A stretch of 64,000 nt of DNA from Alkalispirochaeta sp. (GTDB lineage Bacteria; Spirochaetota; Spirochaetia; DSM-27196; Alkalispirochaetaceae), in the NCBI GenBank assembly GCA_965601925.1, contig OZ271854.1:2400001-2464000 (forward strand). The letters run 5' to 3'. Shown here in pieces: positions 18,653 through 28,094 of this stretch. Each line of letters starts with the position of its first letter. Positions within the stretch are counted from its first letter, which is position 1. Position numbers and translations under genes: made by a program. Below the pieces are notes generated by a model that saw only the letters and a program-made list of their open reading frames with translations, did not search any database and was not told where the DNA came from.

Positions 18653-20530
18653 ATGACCACACACCCCTTCGATCGTCTCGTCCTGCCGGATGAACTGAAA
18701 GACATGCTCTGTTGTGTCGAGATGGTGTTTCCCGAGAGCCGAGATCACCTCCTCGAACTCGCCTACCTCGAGTCCGACGGTGACGTGCTCGAAGTCGAAT
18801 ACGACGTCCCGGGAAAGGGGCGCGTGTTGGAGGCGACGGTAACGCGATGCCGAAACGGGGCGGCGGTAAACTACGCCGAACCGTATATGCGCCGCCGAGA
18901 TCCGGAGGCGATGATCATAGCCGACGATCTTCCGACCGACAAACGGCGCTGGTCCGATCGCTTCGACGGGACTTTTGAGCCGGTGCGACAGGAGACGTTC
19001 GAGTGGATCAAGAATCTCGGACGGGTCATCATATTGCCCTTTCTGTCGGGCGACAAGAAGCGCGGATACCCGACGCTTTTGATCGCGCCGGAGAATGCCG
19101 GTTTTTTCGTAGCCGGATTGGCCGATCTACAAGGTTTTTTCCCCGCCGCGGAGATTCCGTCCGGGTTCGCTCCGCGTGCGGTCATTTATCTCGCGCCTCC
19201 CTTCCGCCATACGCATTTCGACGGGAAGCAAGTAGTCGTTCACAATCGCCGCCCGGGTATGCACGAGCTGTTTTCGTATAATCTGTATCCCGGTCCGAGC
19301 GCAAAAAAGGGTGTTTACGGGATCCTTCTTTCCATCGGAGAGGAGGAGGATTGGGTTACCCTCCACAGCTCGGCGGTTCGCTTGGTGACGCCGTACGACA
19401 ACGAGTTTGTGATCATGCACGAGGGCGCCAGCGGCGGCGGTAAGAGCGAGATGACCCAGCAGTTCCACCGCGAGTCCGACGGTCGTATTCTGCTTGCACG
19501 GAATACCATTACCGACGACGCGGTCTACTTCGATCTGCGCGACCCGTGCGAGCTCCACCCGGTCACCGACGATATGGCGTTGGCCCATCCGTCGATTCAG
19601 ACGAGTACCACCGGTCGGTTGATGATCGAGGACGCCGAGGCGGGGTGGTTTCTTCGAGTAGACCATCTCGACGAGTACGGGAAAGAGCCGGGAATCGAGC
19701 GGTTGTGGATCAACCCTCCCGAGCCGCTTATCTTTCTCAACATCGAGGCTAAACCGGGAGCAACCGCGCTACCGTGGGATCATATCGAGGATAGCCCCGG
19801 TAAACGCTGCCCGAACCCGCGTGTGATAATGCCGCGTCACTTCATCGATAAGGTCGTGGACGATCCGATCGCGATCGATGTGCGGAGCTTCGGTGTCCGC
19901 ACACCTCCGACGACGAAGGAGCGCCCCAATTACGGCATTGTCGGTATGCTCCACGTATTGCCCCCCGCGCTTGCGTGGCTCTGGCGTCTGGTCGCGCCGC
20001 GAGGCCACGCCAACCCGAGTATCGTAACCGCCGAAGGACTGACCAGCGAAGGCGTCGGGTCGTATTGGCCCTTTGCCACCGGAAAACGTGTGACCCAGGC
20101 CAATCTCCTGCTGCGACTCACCCAGCAGATGTCGGGGACGCGTTACGTGCTCATTCCGAATCAGTACATCGGCGCCTACAAGGTCGGTTTCAACCCCGAG
20201 TGGATCGCCCGTGAGTACATGGCGCGACGCGGAAGCGTCAAGTTCCGCTCCGAGCAGCTTGTATCCTCGCGGTGCCCGCTTCTCGGTCACGGCTTGGAGC
20301 GTCTGAAAGTCGCGGGGCAGTTCATTCCTAAAGGACTCCTGAGAGTTCACGAACAGGTAGAGGTGGGCAAGGAGGGATACGACGCCGGCGCGAAGATTCT
20401 CACCGACTTCTTCAAGAAGGAGCTGCAGCAGTTTCGCGTGGCGACTCTCGATCCGTTGGGTAAGGCGATCATCGATATCTGCTTAGAGGACGGAAGCCTC
20501 GACGACTACGTGAATATTCTACCGCGATAA
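18653..20530 (+). CDS. DUF4914-like protein (P-loop, PEPCK-like motifs)
   Basis: YMRRRDP, YNLYPGPSAKKGVYG, HEGASGGGKSE, VTDDMA, SEGVGSYWPFATG; family recognised from memory. Confidence 0.8.
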   Translation: MTTHPFDRLVLPDELKDMLCCVEMVFPESRDHLLELAYLESDGDVLEVEYDVPGKGRVLEATVTRCRNGAAVNYAEPYMRRRDPEAMIIADDLPTDKRRWSDRFDGTFEPVRQETFEWIKNLGRVIILPFLSGDKKRGYPTLLIAPENAGFFVAGLADLQGFFPAAEIPSGFAPRAVIYLAPPFRHTHFDGKQVVVHNRRPGMHELFSYNLYPGPSAKKGVYGILLSIGEEEDWVTLHSSAVRLVTPYDNEFVIMHEGASGGGKSEMTQQFHRESDGRILLARNTITDDAVYFDLRDPCELHPVTDDMALAHPSIQTSTTGRLMIEDAEAGWFLRVDHLDEYGKEPGIERLWINPPEPLIFLNIEAKPGATALPWDHIEDSPGKRCPNPRVIMPRHFIDKVVDDPIAIDVRSFGVRTPPTTKERPNYGIVGMLHVLPPALAWLWRLVAPRGHANPSIVTAEGLTSEGVGSYWPFATGKRVTQANLLLRLTQQMSGTRYVLIPNQYIGAYKVGFNPEWIAREYMARRGSVKFRSEQLVSSRCPLLGHGLERLKVAGQFIPKGLLRVHEQVEVGKEGYDAGAKILTDFFKKELQQFRVATLDPLGKAIIDICLEDGSLDDYVNILPR

Positions 20531-20532
20531 GG

Positions 20533-20566
20533 AAAAGCGGCGGGCGCATCCCCGCCGCTTTTTTTT
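20533..20566 (+). terminator. Rho-independent terminator
   Basis: AAAAGCGGCGGG-cgcatc-CCCGCCGCTTTTTTTT directly after the stop codon. Confidence 0.9.
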
Positions 20567-20750
20567 CGACAACCGCGCTGCGAGTTTGCGTTAGGCATGA
20601 CGCACTACACCGATTGTGACCGGACGACGCGACGCGATCTCATCCGGTTGACCGAGTGCGCCGGAAGATAGGTTTTCCTACTGTGTATGGTACTACGAGT
20701 CTATTGCCGTCGCCGTTGTCCGCCGTACGTTAGGACGGTACCTTCTCACC

Positions 20751-21230
20751 ATGATTACCCAAGAAGACCGAAAGCATCTCAAGCGGTGTGTTGCTCTTGC
20801 CGAAGCGGCGCTGAATGCCGGGGATGAGCCTTTTGGCTCGGTGCTGGTTTCCCGCGACGGCGAGGTGCTATACGAGGATCACAACCACGTCGCCGGAGGA
20901 GATGGAACGCAACATCCGGAGTTTGCTATTGCCCGGTGGGCCGTGTCCAACATGACACCCGAAGAGCGAGCGGAAGCGACGGTCTACACCTCCGGAGAGC
21001 ACTGTCCCATGTGTGCGGCCGCCCACGGTTGGGTCGGCCTGGGACGAATCGTATACGCGAGTTCCTCGAAACAACTCGAAAGGTGGCTTGCGGAGTTCGG
21101 GGCGGAGCAACCACCGGTGAAGACGCTTTCCATTAATGAGATCGTCCCCGGCGTTCCCGTTGAGGGACCGGTCGAAGATTTTGCCGAAGCGGTGAAAGAA
21201 CTCCACCGACGCAAATCCAGCATCGCCTAA
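20751..21230 (+). CDS. Nucleoside/nucleobase deaminase (cytidine deaminase-like zinc fold)
   Basis: PFGSVLV, HPE and HCPMC zinc motifs. Confidence 0.9.
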   Translation: MITQEDRKHLKRCVALAEAALNAGDEPFGSVLVSRDGEVLYEDHNHVAGGDGTQHPEFAIARWAVSNMTPEERAEATVYTSGEHCPMCAAAHGWVGLGRIVYASSSKQLERWLAEFGAEQPPVKTLSINEIVPGVPVEGPVEDFAEAVKELHRRKSSIA

Positions 21231-21447
21231 ATCAACCCCGCCTTCCGAGTGGTGAAGCATGTTCGAAGTTGTGGAAGGCCGAGAATCCGTGACATATTGT
21301 GAAGCATCTTCCCCATACCGTGCCGCCCGTTGAGATCCCGGGATCGCGTCGAAGAGCCGAAGGGATACAATTCGGGCACCATAACACCGAGCCGACCTGC
21401 ACGATGCGGCACGGAGTCGCGTAGCGGCAGAGGGATCGGCGCGCGGC

Positions 21448-22197
21448 TTATGTGGGCGACACCACCTGTACTTTTCCGTTCGTGAAAATCCCACCTTTCG
21501 TGGAGGCGGAGTATGCGGTTCCGGGGTAGTCGTACATTGCTCCCCCGGCATTCTTCAATATCAATGAGGCCGCTGCTTGCCCTTCGAATGAACAACCAAA
21601 ATCGAAAAATGCATCGATGCGTCCCCGTGCAACATTACAGATGCTCAACGCCGGACATATCTGCGGAAGTCCCTTTTTCATGGTCCCGATAATCCCTGAC
21701 CACCGGCTGATGTACCGTTCAATCTGTTGTGGCTGCACACTGAATCCGAACGCGAGTAGGCTCCGTCCCATTGATGATGTGTTCGACGTGCAAATTGCGT
21801 TCCCGTTCAGCGTCGATATTCCGGTCGTGAGGTCCGAAAAGAAATACTCATCGGAAATCGGATTGAAGACATGTCCCTCGACGATTTCGCCACGTGATTC
21901 CCGTGCAACGGATACCGAAAAGAACGGTATGCCAAAAATGAAATATGCCGTACCGTCGATGGGATCGATGATCCAGCGATCATCCGATGTTGAGAGCAAC
22001 TCATCATCCTCTTCCGAGTACACGCCGTCGTTAGGAAACGCATTACGAATTTTCGCCGTCAGAAGCGCATTGATTTCCGTATCGAGGTTCGACATCAGGT
22101 GGTACCGCTCCTTTTCGCGATGCGGTGCATCCGATGCATATGCTTCTTTGAGTCGCCGACCCGCGTCTCGGATCGCCTCTTCAATTACGGTGTTCAT
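21448..22197 (-). CDS. Inositol monophosphatase family protein with a divergent active site
   Basis: YSEE, WIIDPIDGT, VARGRIDAFF, AAASLILKNAGG; the usual WD motif reads EG. Confidence 0.85.
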   Translation of the reverse strand: MNTVIEEAIRDAGRRLKEAYASDAPHREKERYHLMSNLDTEINALLTAKIRNAFPNDGVYSEEDDELLSTSDDRWIIDPIDGTAYFIFGIPFFSVSVARESRGEIVEGHVFNPISDEYFFSDLTTGISTLNGNAICTSNTSSMGRSLLAFGFSVQPQQIERYISRWSGIIGTMKKGLPQICPALSICNVARGRIDAFFDFGCSFEGQAAASLILKNAGGAMYDYPGTAYSASTKGGIFTNGKVQVVSPT

Positions 22198-22450
22198 TCA
22201 GTACCTTCCGACCGCACAAATAATACCCGATTGGAAACCGTGGCGGAAGAAACGGCGCCCTCTCTTCCGGAGTAACGGCGACCCCTCTCGTCGGGTAAGG
22301 CGGTCTTCGGTGTCTGTCTCGATAACGGACGTTTGGACGATTACGTCGATGCTCCGCCGCGGTAGCCGCCGGGCGCGGCGCTGCCCATGCACCGCCGGCC
22401 GAGCGGCCGCCGACTTCGTTCGCCTGCCGTTTCATCTCTTCACGCGTCGG

Positions 22451-23734
22451 TCACAGGGAGTGAAGAATGAGTGCCGTGGTAACAGACGCTGTGTGGAATA
22501 CGGTAAAATTGTCCGTTCCTCTTGGGCTCACGGCCTCTACGAGTGCGACCATGACAGCGGAAGCTATGGAAAGAAGCAGGCGGCCCGTGGTGAGATAGAT
22601 TATAGCCGAACAGACGACGACTATTGCTAACGTTCCTTCAACGCTCCTTGACGTTTTTTTGCCGACGAGGGCGAAGACCGAGTACTTGTGTCTGCCCACA
22701 AGGGTTCCTATAGGTTCGGCAATGGCGTCACCGACGGCTACGCATAACACACCGACAAGAACCATTTCGGAAGCGAACAAAATGTTGGCCACGAGGATTG
22801 CGATAACCATGCTGACCATTGGGAGAACCACGTAAAGACGATCATATGGACGGTCGGACGTGCGTCTTATTCCGTCGTACCAGTAGAAGCCTTCACCGGC
22901 CACGCACGCTATGGAAACGTACATCACACCCGATGCAAGGAAGAGGGTGGATATTGACTCGCTCGCAAAAGCTGAAAAGGCGGCGATGGACGTGAAGCCG
23001 ACGAAATGGAAAAGCTTTCGTGTCATTCCATCTCGAACTCCTCTTTGATTTAAGAATCCGGCAACCGTGAGAACCACAGCAGGACCTATCAAAGCGTACA
23101 TGATCCAAGCGATGTCTACCGGGGGAACGGAATCCGGATACCATCCTAAAAAGAACTTCATTTGCACGGCTGTAAGCAAAAGTCCCGCCACCGCCCCGAC
23201 AATGAGCTGCCCCATGGTATGTTTCCCGAGCTGGTGACGGGCCCATATTACGATCGGAAGCATAAGTCCATACGCCGCTCCCACCGGGCCAAACGCAAAA
23301 AACAACGCTGTAGTCGGTCCCATGACGCCCATCGCATGGATGCTCACTTTCCACCACGCGCTAATCACCATCACCACCAATGTGTTGACGCCATAGCAAA
23401 ACATGAGTGCCACGGAAACGAGAGGAGCCTCGGTTACGACCAGTGTATACGCTCCGATGAGGTATCCCACTCCTCCAAAAAGTAGCGGTACGAGTCTGTC
23501 CCTCTTCTCCGGGATGTCCCAACTCTTGTCGCTGGTCTTCCGCGACCAGAAATGGGTTATTGCGATAGGTAAGAGCGTACCGAATCCAATAGCAATCGCA
23601 TCGAACAGCAGGGCATCGACGAAGCCTCTACCAATGTGGTTGATCAGTATGAATGGGATTACGGCCAAGAATGGAGCATTACTGAGTACGGATGCGATTT
23701 CAGCCGACTTAGTTTTTCTTGTGTTGTGCGCCAT
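22451..23734 (-). CDS. Polytopic membrane fusion: PAP2-like domain plus CTP-dependent phytol/dolichol/diacylglycerol kinase-like domain
   Basis: N-half WKVSIHA...WARHQLGKHT..QLIVG; C-half RKLFH, GDAIAEPIG, RSVEG, GTDN; ATG at 23734 with purine-rich RBS. Confidence 0.75.
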   Translation of the reverse strand: MAHNTRKTKSAEIASVLSNAPFLAVIPFILINHIGRGFVDALLFDAIAIGFGTLLPIAITHFWSRKTSDKSWDIPEKRDRLVPLLFGGVGYLIGAYTLVVTEAPLVSVALMFCYGVNTLVVMVISAWWKVSIHAMGVMGPTTALFFAFGPVGAAYGLMLPIVIWARHQLGKHTMGQLIVGAVAGLLLTAVQMKFFLGWYPDSVPPVDIAWIMYALIGPAVVLTVAGFLNQRGVRDGMTRKLFHFVGFTSIAAFSAFASESISTLFLASGVMYVSIACVAGEGFYWYDGIRRTSDRPYDRLYVVLPMVSMVIAILVANILFASEMVLVGVLCVAVGDAIAEPIGTLVGRHKYSVFALVGKKTSRSVEGTLAIVVVCSAIIYLTTGRLLLSIASAVMVALVEAVSPRGTDNFTVFHTASVTTALILHSL

Positions 23735-23871
23735 GGCCTTCCTCTCCCCTTGGGTCCCAGCGGACCTGTTCACCGTTGCGACAACCCGGAGGCACTGCCC
23801 GCCGCTCAAACATCATATACGGACTTCGGGTAGCAGATTGAATACCGTTGCTGTCCTCGCATCTACCTCAG

Positions 23872-25326
23872 TCATCTCGGACTCACGGGAGTACATCCCG
23901 GTAAGTATAGGGTGCTTTCCGACATTTTTTTGCTGCGGTTCTTCAATATCAGAAATAGAGCGTTAACCATACTTTCGCGCTGATACGCGTCTTCGATTTG
24001 CATTATTTTCAGAAAATTTTCATTGCTGAAGTTGTACTTAAATGTGAACATTTTCGTGAGAGTTCGGAGCTCTGATGCTGTCAAGTTCTTTAACCGTAGT
24101 ATCTGGTGCCGATAGTCCCAGTTGGAAAAGTCATGTTCCAGGATGTCGTCCGGTTCGATCTTTTTCCCGTCGGCGGTCCACGGGAATGGTGTAACGTGGT
24201 AGAAGTGTAGGAGGTCCGGTGCCCACTGACGCAATCGCTCAAAGGTAATGGAAAGCGTCTCTGTCGACTCGTCCGGGAAGCCCACCAAAGTCTGAACGAT
24301 GCTGAGGATACCATGCTCTCGAAGCAGTCGAATCGCTTCGGCGTTCTGTTGGAGAGACGTCTGCTTGTTGATGCTATCCAACCGGGATTGAATAGCCGAC
24401 TCGGCGCCTAAGTCGACTGTTACGATACCCGCCTCACGATACAGAGTGAGACGATCCTTATCTCGAATAATGTCGGCAGATCGGAGATTCAAGACGATAT
24501 GAATACCCATGTCTCGCGCTCGAAGTTCTTCGAGCAGTCGGTACCAAACCTGGGAACTGCTCTGCGGGTTCTCGTCAGCTAAGAAGAAATAGGTTACGCC
24601 GTACCGCTCTCTGAGCATCTGCAGTTCGTTTACAAAGGTTGTGACGTCGCGATGCCGCCAGCGAGCCCAAAAATCCCACTGGCCGCAAAACGTGCAACTG
24701 AACGGACACCCTCGCGAAAACTGCACGACCGCGGCCCGCTCCCCGGTCATCGGCACGACGTATCGAGACCAGTCGGAGACAAGTTCCCACGCCGGTCTGT
24801 GAAGGTTTAACCGGTCTTGCGGTATGGCCGGACGAAGGTCATTAACGACTAACTCGTTACCACGACGCCAAACCAAGCCTTTTATCGTCAGTAGATCTGT
24901 GCCAAGGGAGAGGGCCTTCACAAGCTCAAGACATAACTCCTCACCTTCACCGCGACCCACAAAATCGATGGCAGTGTCGTCACCCATAATCGATTCGAAC
25001 ATATACGAAGCGTGAACACCACCGGTCATGATCAGTACATTGGGATCGAGACTCTTTATTCTTCGCGCAATGTCCAGGGTTGTCGGTGTTCCCGCTGTGG
25101 AGGCCATTGAACTGAGTAGCACGAGGTCAAAGCCACTCTTAGAAACGACGTCGGCCGTCGTATGCGTATCCATGTTTTCGATAGTCGCGTCGATAAGAGA
25201 TACATCACGGTAGCCCGCATCTATGAGCGGTCCGGCGATGCACAGCAAACCATAAGGCGGCATGTAGCCCACCAGTGTCTCCGGGCCTTCAGAACGCACA
25301 TTAATATTGACGAGCGCGACCTTCAT
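23872..25326 (-). CDS. Cobalamin-binding radical SAM enzyme, BchE-like
   Basis: N-terminal B12-binding domain (PPYGLL..GPLIDAG, GGVHAS, RGEGE), QFSRGCPFSCTFCGQ, FWARWRHRD, LADENP; GGAGGG RBS before ATG 25326. Confidence 0.9.
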   Translation of the reverse strand: MKVALVNINVRSEGPETLVGYMPPYGLLCIAGPLIDAGYRDVSLIDATIENMDTHTTADVVSKSGFDLVLLSSMASTAGTPTTLDIARRIKSLDPNVLIMTGGVHASYMFESIMGDDTAIDFVGRGEGEELCLELVKALSLGTDLLTIKGLVWRRGNELVVNDLRPAIPQDRLNLHRPAWELVSDWSRYVVPMTGERAAVVQFSRGCPFSCTFCGQWDFWARWRHRDVTTFVNELQMLRERYGVTYFFLADENPQSSSQVWYRLLEELRARDMGIHIVLNLRSADIIRDKDRLTLYREAGIVTVDLGAESAIQSRLDSINKQTSLQQNAEAIRLLREHGILSIVQTLVGFPDESTETLSITFERLRQWAPDLLHFYHVTPFPWTADGKKIEPDDILEHDFSNWDYRHQILRLKNLTASELRTLTKMFTFKYNFSNENFLKIMQIEDAYQRESMVNALFLILKNRSKKMSESTLYLPGCTPVSPR

Positions 25327-25404
25327 ATCACTTCCCTCCAAAGCGCCTTGAGTTCAGCGCATGGGCGGCAGACTCAGCCAGATTTGAGCGATACAACGTA
25401 CGCA

Positions 25405-25461
25405 TATTAATTATAAATATTTTTGAGACAAAAAAAGAAATAAAAATTATGTAAAATTTTA
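25405..25461 (-). promoter_or_regulatory. Very AT-rich upstream (promoter) region of the island
   Basis: About 57 bp almost entirely A/T, roughly 80-135 bp upstream of the radical SAM start. Confidence 0.5.
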
Positions 25462-25829
25462 TCAGCACGGGTTTGTGTCACCACGGCATTTACCGAGGTG
25501 TTACGGATCGGTTCTCGTTCGTTTTTATAAGGCGGCGAGCTCATTTCGAAGTATTTTTAGCCGCTACCGTGATAGTCGATGCGCGGCTTCCGATTCGCTT
25601 TTTGACTATGCGCCTGGAGCAACACAGAGAGATCCGGACTTACCCCTCGATCGGTACGTGGATCGTGCCGGTGTCCGGCCCAACGAATTCGGTTTGGCGT
25701 CCGGTAGTCGGTGATGCGTACAGCACACGCTATATTCCGCGGATTATCAAAGTGAAGGTACACCGTTCCGGTCTGAGAACGTGAGCGCGATCACATCCGA
25801 CAAGAAGAAGCAACACTCAAAGGACGCGC

Positions 25830-28094
25830 TTACCCGTGGCGTTGTGCGTCCAACACCGCGACGGCGGTCATTTGCAGAATCTCCCGCGCTTCGGCACCCA
25901 TTTGCAGAATGTGTACTGGGCTACGCATCCCCGAGAGGATAGGCCCCAGTAGTTCGCCGCCGCCCATCCGACCGAGCAGCTTATAGGCGATGTTGCCCGA
26001 AGAGAGGTTGGGAAAGATCAAGGTATTGACGCGCTTCCCCACCAACCGACTAAACGGATACGTCCGTTCCAGGAGCTCGGGGTCGAGCGCAATGTTAGCT
26101 TGGATCTCGCCGTCGATCGTCACGTCAGGAAAGCGCTTCCGGGCGAGGCGCGCGACCTCGGCCATGCGCGTCGCTTGTTCTCCCGGCGCACTGCCGAAAT
26201 TCGAGTACGATAGAATGGCGACTACGGGCTCCACGTCAAAGTCGCGCACGCGCTGGATCGTCAGGGCGATAATGTCCATGAAGACATCCATGTCGGGGTC
26301 GACGTTGACCGTAGTGTCGGCGAAGAAGTACGTGCCGTGTCGCGTGGTAACGATGTAGAGTCCCGATACGCGATTGACACCAGGCGCAGTCCCGATCATA
26401 TGGAGCGCCGGGCGAATAATCTGTGGATAGGGGCGCGTTCTGCCGCTCACCATCGCGTCGGCCTCCCCCGCATCCACCAGAGCGGCGGCAAAGTAGTTGT
26501 AGTCTTCCATGAGCTTACGCGCCTCGCCGCTGGCAAGCCCGCGACGCTGTCGCCTCCGATAGAGCGTGTCGGCGAAGCGCTCCGCCCGCTCCGATTCCTC
26601 CGCCGGGTCTATGAGGCGTGCGTCTTTGAGAACGTGTAGACCGTGGCGAGCGATAGACGCTCCGATTTGGTCCAATGGTCCGAGAAGCACCGGGCGCGCG
26701 ATACCTTGAGACGCCGCCATTGCCGCGGCCTTTAGTACCTCGTAGTCGAAAGCCTCGGGAAACACTACCGTGCGAGGATCGCGCCTGGCGCGACCGATCG
26801 TCCCGGTTATGAGCTTCTGACCCATACCGACGCGTTCCAACAGGTGCGCCTCATAGTCCGGCCAGTCGGCGATCGTACGTCGCGCAACGCCGGTGTCGAT
26901 CGCCGCCTTGGCCACTGCCGGCGCGATCGTCGTGATCAATCGGGGATCCAACGGCTTGGGAAGTATGTAGTCGGGGCCGAACTGAAACGCCTTTTGGTCA
27001 TATACGCGTCGTACCGCTTCGGGAATCGGCTCGCGGGCGAGGGACGCGATTGCTCGGGCCGCCGCAATTTTCATCTCGTCGTTGATCTCCCGCGCGCCGA
27101 CGTCAAGCGCACCTCGGAAGATGTAGGGAAATCCAAGTACGTTGTTGACTTGGTTGGGGGTGTCGCTGCGCCCCGTCGCTATCACCGCGTCCGGGCGCTC
27201 GGCGCGCGCCCGTTCGGGGTCGATTTCGGGATCGGGGTTAGCGAGGGCAAAGACGATCGGGCTGTCGGCCATCCTCGAGAGTTGGTCCGCCGTCACGATG
27301 TTTCCCACCGATAGACCCAGGAGCATGTCGGCGCCGTCGAGAGCCTCCTCGAGACGCTCTATCGGTCGATCGGTGGCAAACTCCATGGCAGGATCGGTCG
27401 AATCGCGGCCGGGATCGTCGCGGCGGATTGCGCCGTCCTTGTCGAACATCACGATGCGTGTGCGATCGGCCCCGAGTGCGACAAAAAAACGGGTGCACGC
27501 CAACGCCGCCGCTCCCGCACCCAGCACGACGATGCGTGTACGCGAGATCTCGCGTCCGGTTATTGCGCAGGCGTTGAGGAGCGCCGCTCCCGTGATGATT
27601 GCCGTGCCGTGTTGGTCGTCGTGCATAACCGGGATCGCCATGCGATCCTTGAGGCGGCGTTCGATCTCGAAGCACTCCGGAGAGCAGATATCTTCCAGGT
27701 TGATACCGCCGAACGTCGGTTCCAGCGCGGCCACCGCATCTACGAATTGATCGACACTTTCCCGGCGTAGCTCGATGTCGACGCTGTCCACGCCGGCAAA
27801 ACGTTTAAAGAGGACCGACTTTCCCTCCATGACGGGCTTTGCCGCCTCGGGACCGATGTTTCCCAGCCCCAGTACCGCGCTACCGTCGGTGACGACCGCC
27901 ACCATATTGCCGCGCGCCGTGTACTCGAAGCTCGCATCGGGGTCCGCCGCGATCTCGCGACACGGTTCGGCCACGCCGGGAGAGTAGGCGAGTGAGAGAT
28001 CGTACTGCGTGGTGAGCGGCTTGGTCGCCGCTACTTCGATCTTGCCCGGGCGTCCCGAGCGGTGGTACTCCAGAGCCTCGTCGCGAAGACCCAT
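25830..28094 (-). CDS. maeB: NADP-dependent malic enzyme with phosphotransacetylase-like C-terminal domain
   Basis: [46 protein letters not shown]-like C-terminus (DGEIQAN, GNIAYKL). Confidence 0.96.
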   Translation of the reverse strand: MGLRDEALEYHRSGRPGKIEVAATKPLTTQYDLSLAYSPGVAEPCREIAADPDASFEYTARGNMVAVVTDGSAVLGLGNIGPEAAKPVMEGKSVLFKRFAGVDSVDIELRRESVDQFVDAVAALEPTFGGINLEDICSPECFEIERRLKDRMAIPVMHDDQHGTAIITGAALLNACAITGREISRTRIVVLGAGAAALACTRFFVALGADRTRIVMFDKDGAIRRDDPGRDSTDPAMEFATDRPIERLEEALDGADMLLGLSVGNIVTADQLSRMADSPIVFALANPDPEIDPERARAERPDAVIATGRSDTPNQVNNVLGFPYIFRGALDVGAREINDEMKIAAARAIASLAREPIPEAVRRVYDQKAFQFGPDYILPKPLDPRLITTIAPAVAKAAIDTGVARRTIADWPDYEAHLLERVGMGQKLITGTIGRARRDPRTVVFPEAFDYEVLKAAAMAASQGIARPVLLGPLDQIGASIARHGLHVLKDARLIDPAEESERAERFADTLYRRRQRRGLASGEARKLMEDYNYFAAALVDAGEADAMVSGRTRPYPQIIRPALHMIGTAPGVNRVSGLYIVTTRHGTYFFADTTVNVDPDMDVFMDIIALTIQRVRDFDVEPVVAILSYSNFGSAPGEQATRMAEVARLARKRFPDVTIDGEIQANIALDPELLERTYPFSRLVGKRVNTLIFPNLSSGNIAYKLLGRMGGGELLGPILSGMRSPVHILQMGAEAREILQMTAVAVLDAQRHG

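Noticed and set aside
22198..22435. Short ORFs (64 and 84 aa) between the kinase fusion and the IMPase as a fourth island gene
   Set aside because: Arg/Pro-rich, no motif, and higher GC than the island genes; cannot be supported, though not strictly excluded.
21617..22630. 337-aa plus-strand ORF
   Set aside because: Antisense to the IMPase; Ser/Arg-rich composition typical of a shadow frame.
23872..25326. Assigning the gene symbol bchE
   Set aside because: No photosynthetic context; motif similarity alone does not establish cyclase function.
21231..25829. Calling the lower-GC island a mobile element
   Set aside because: No integrase, transposase, tRNA or flanking direct repeat was found by eye.
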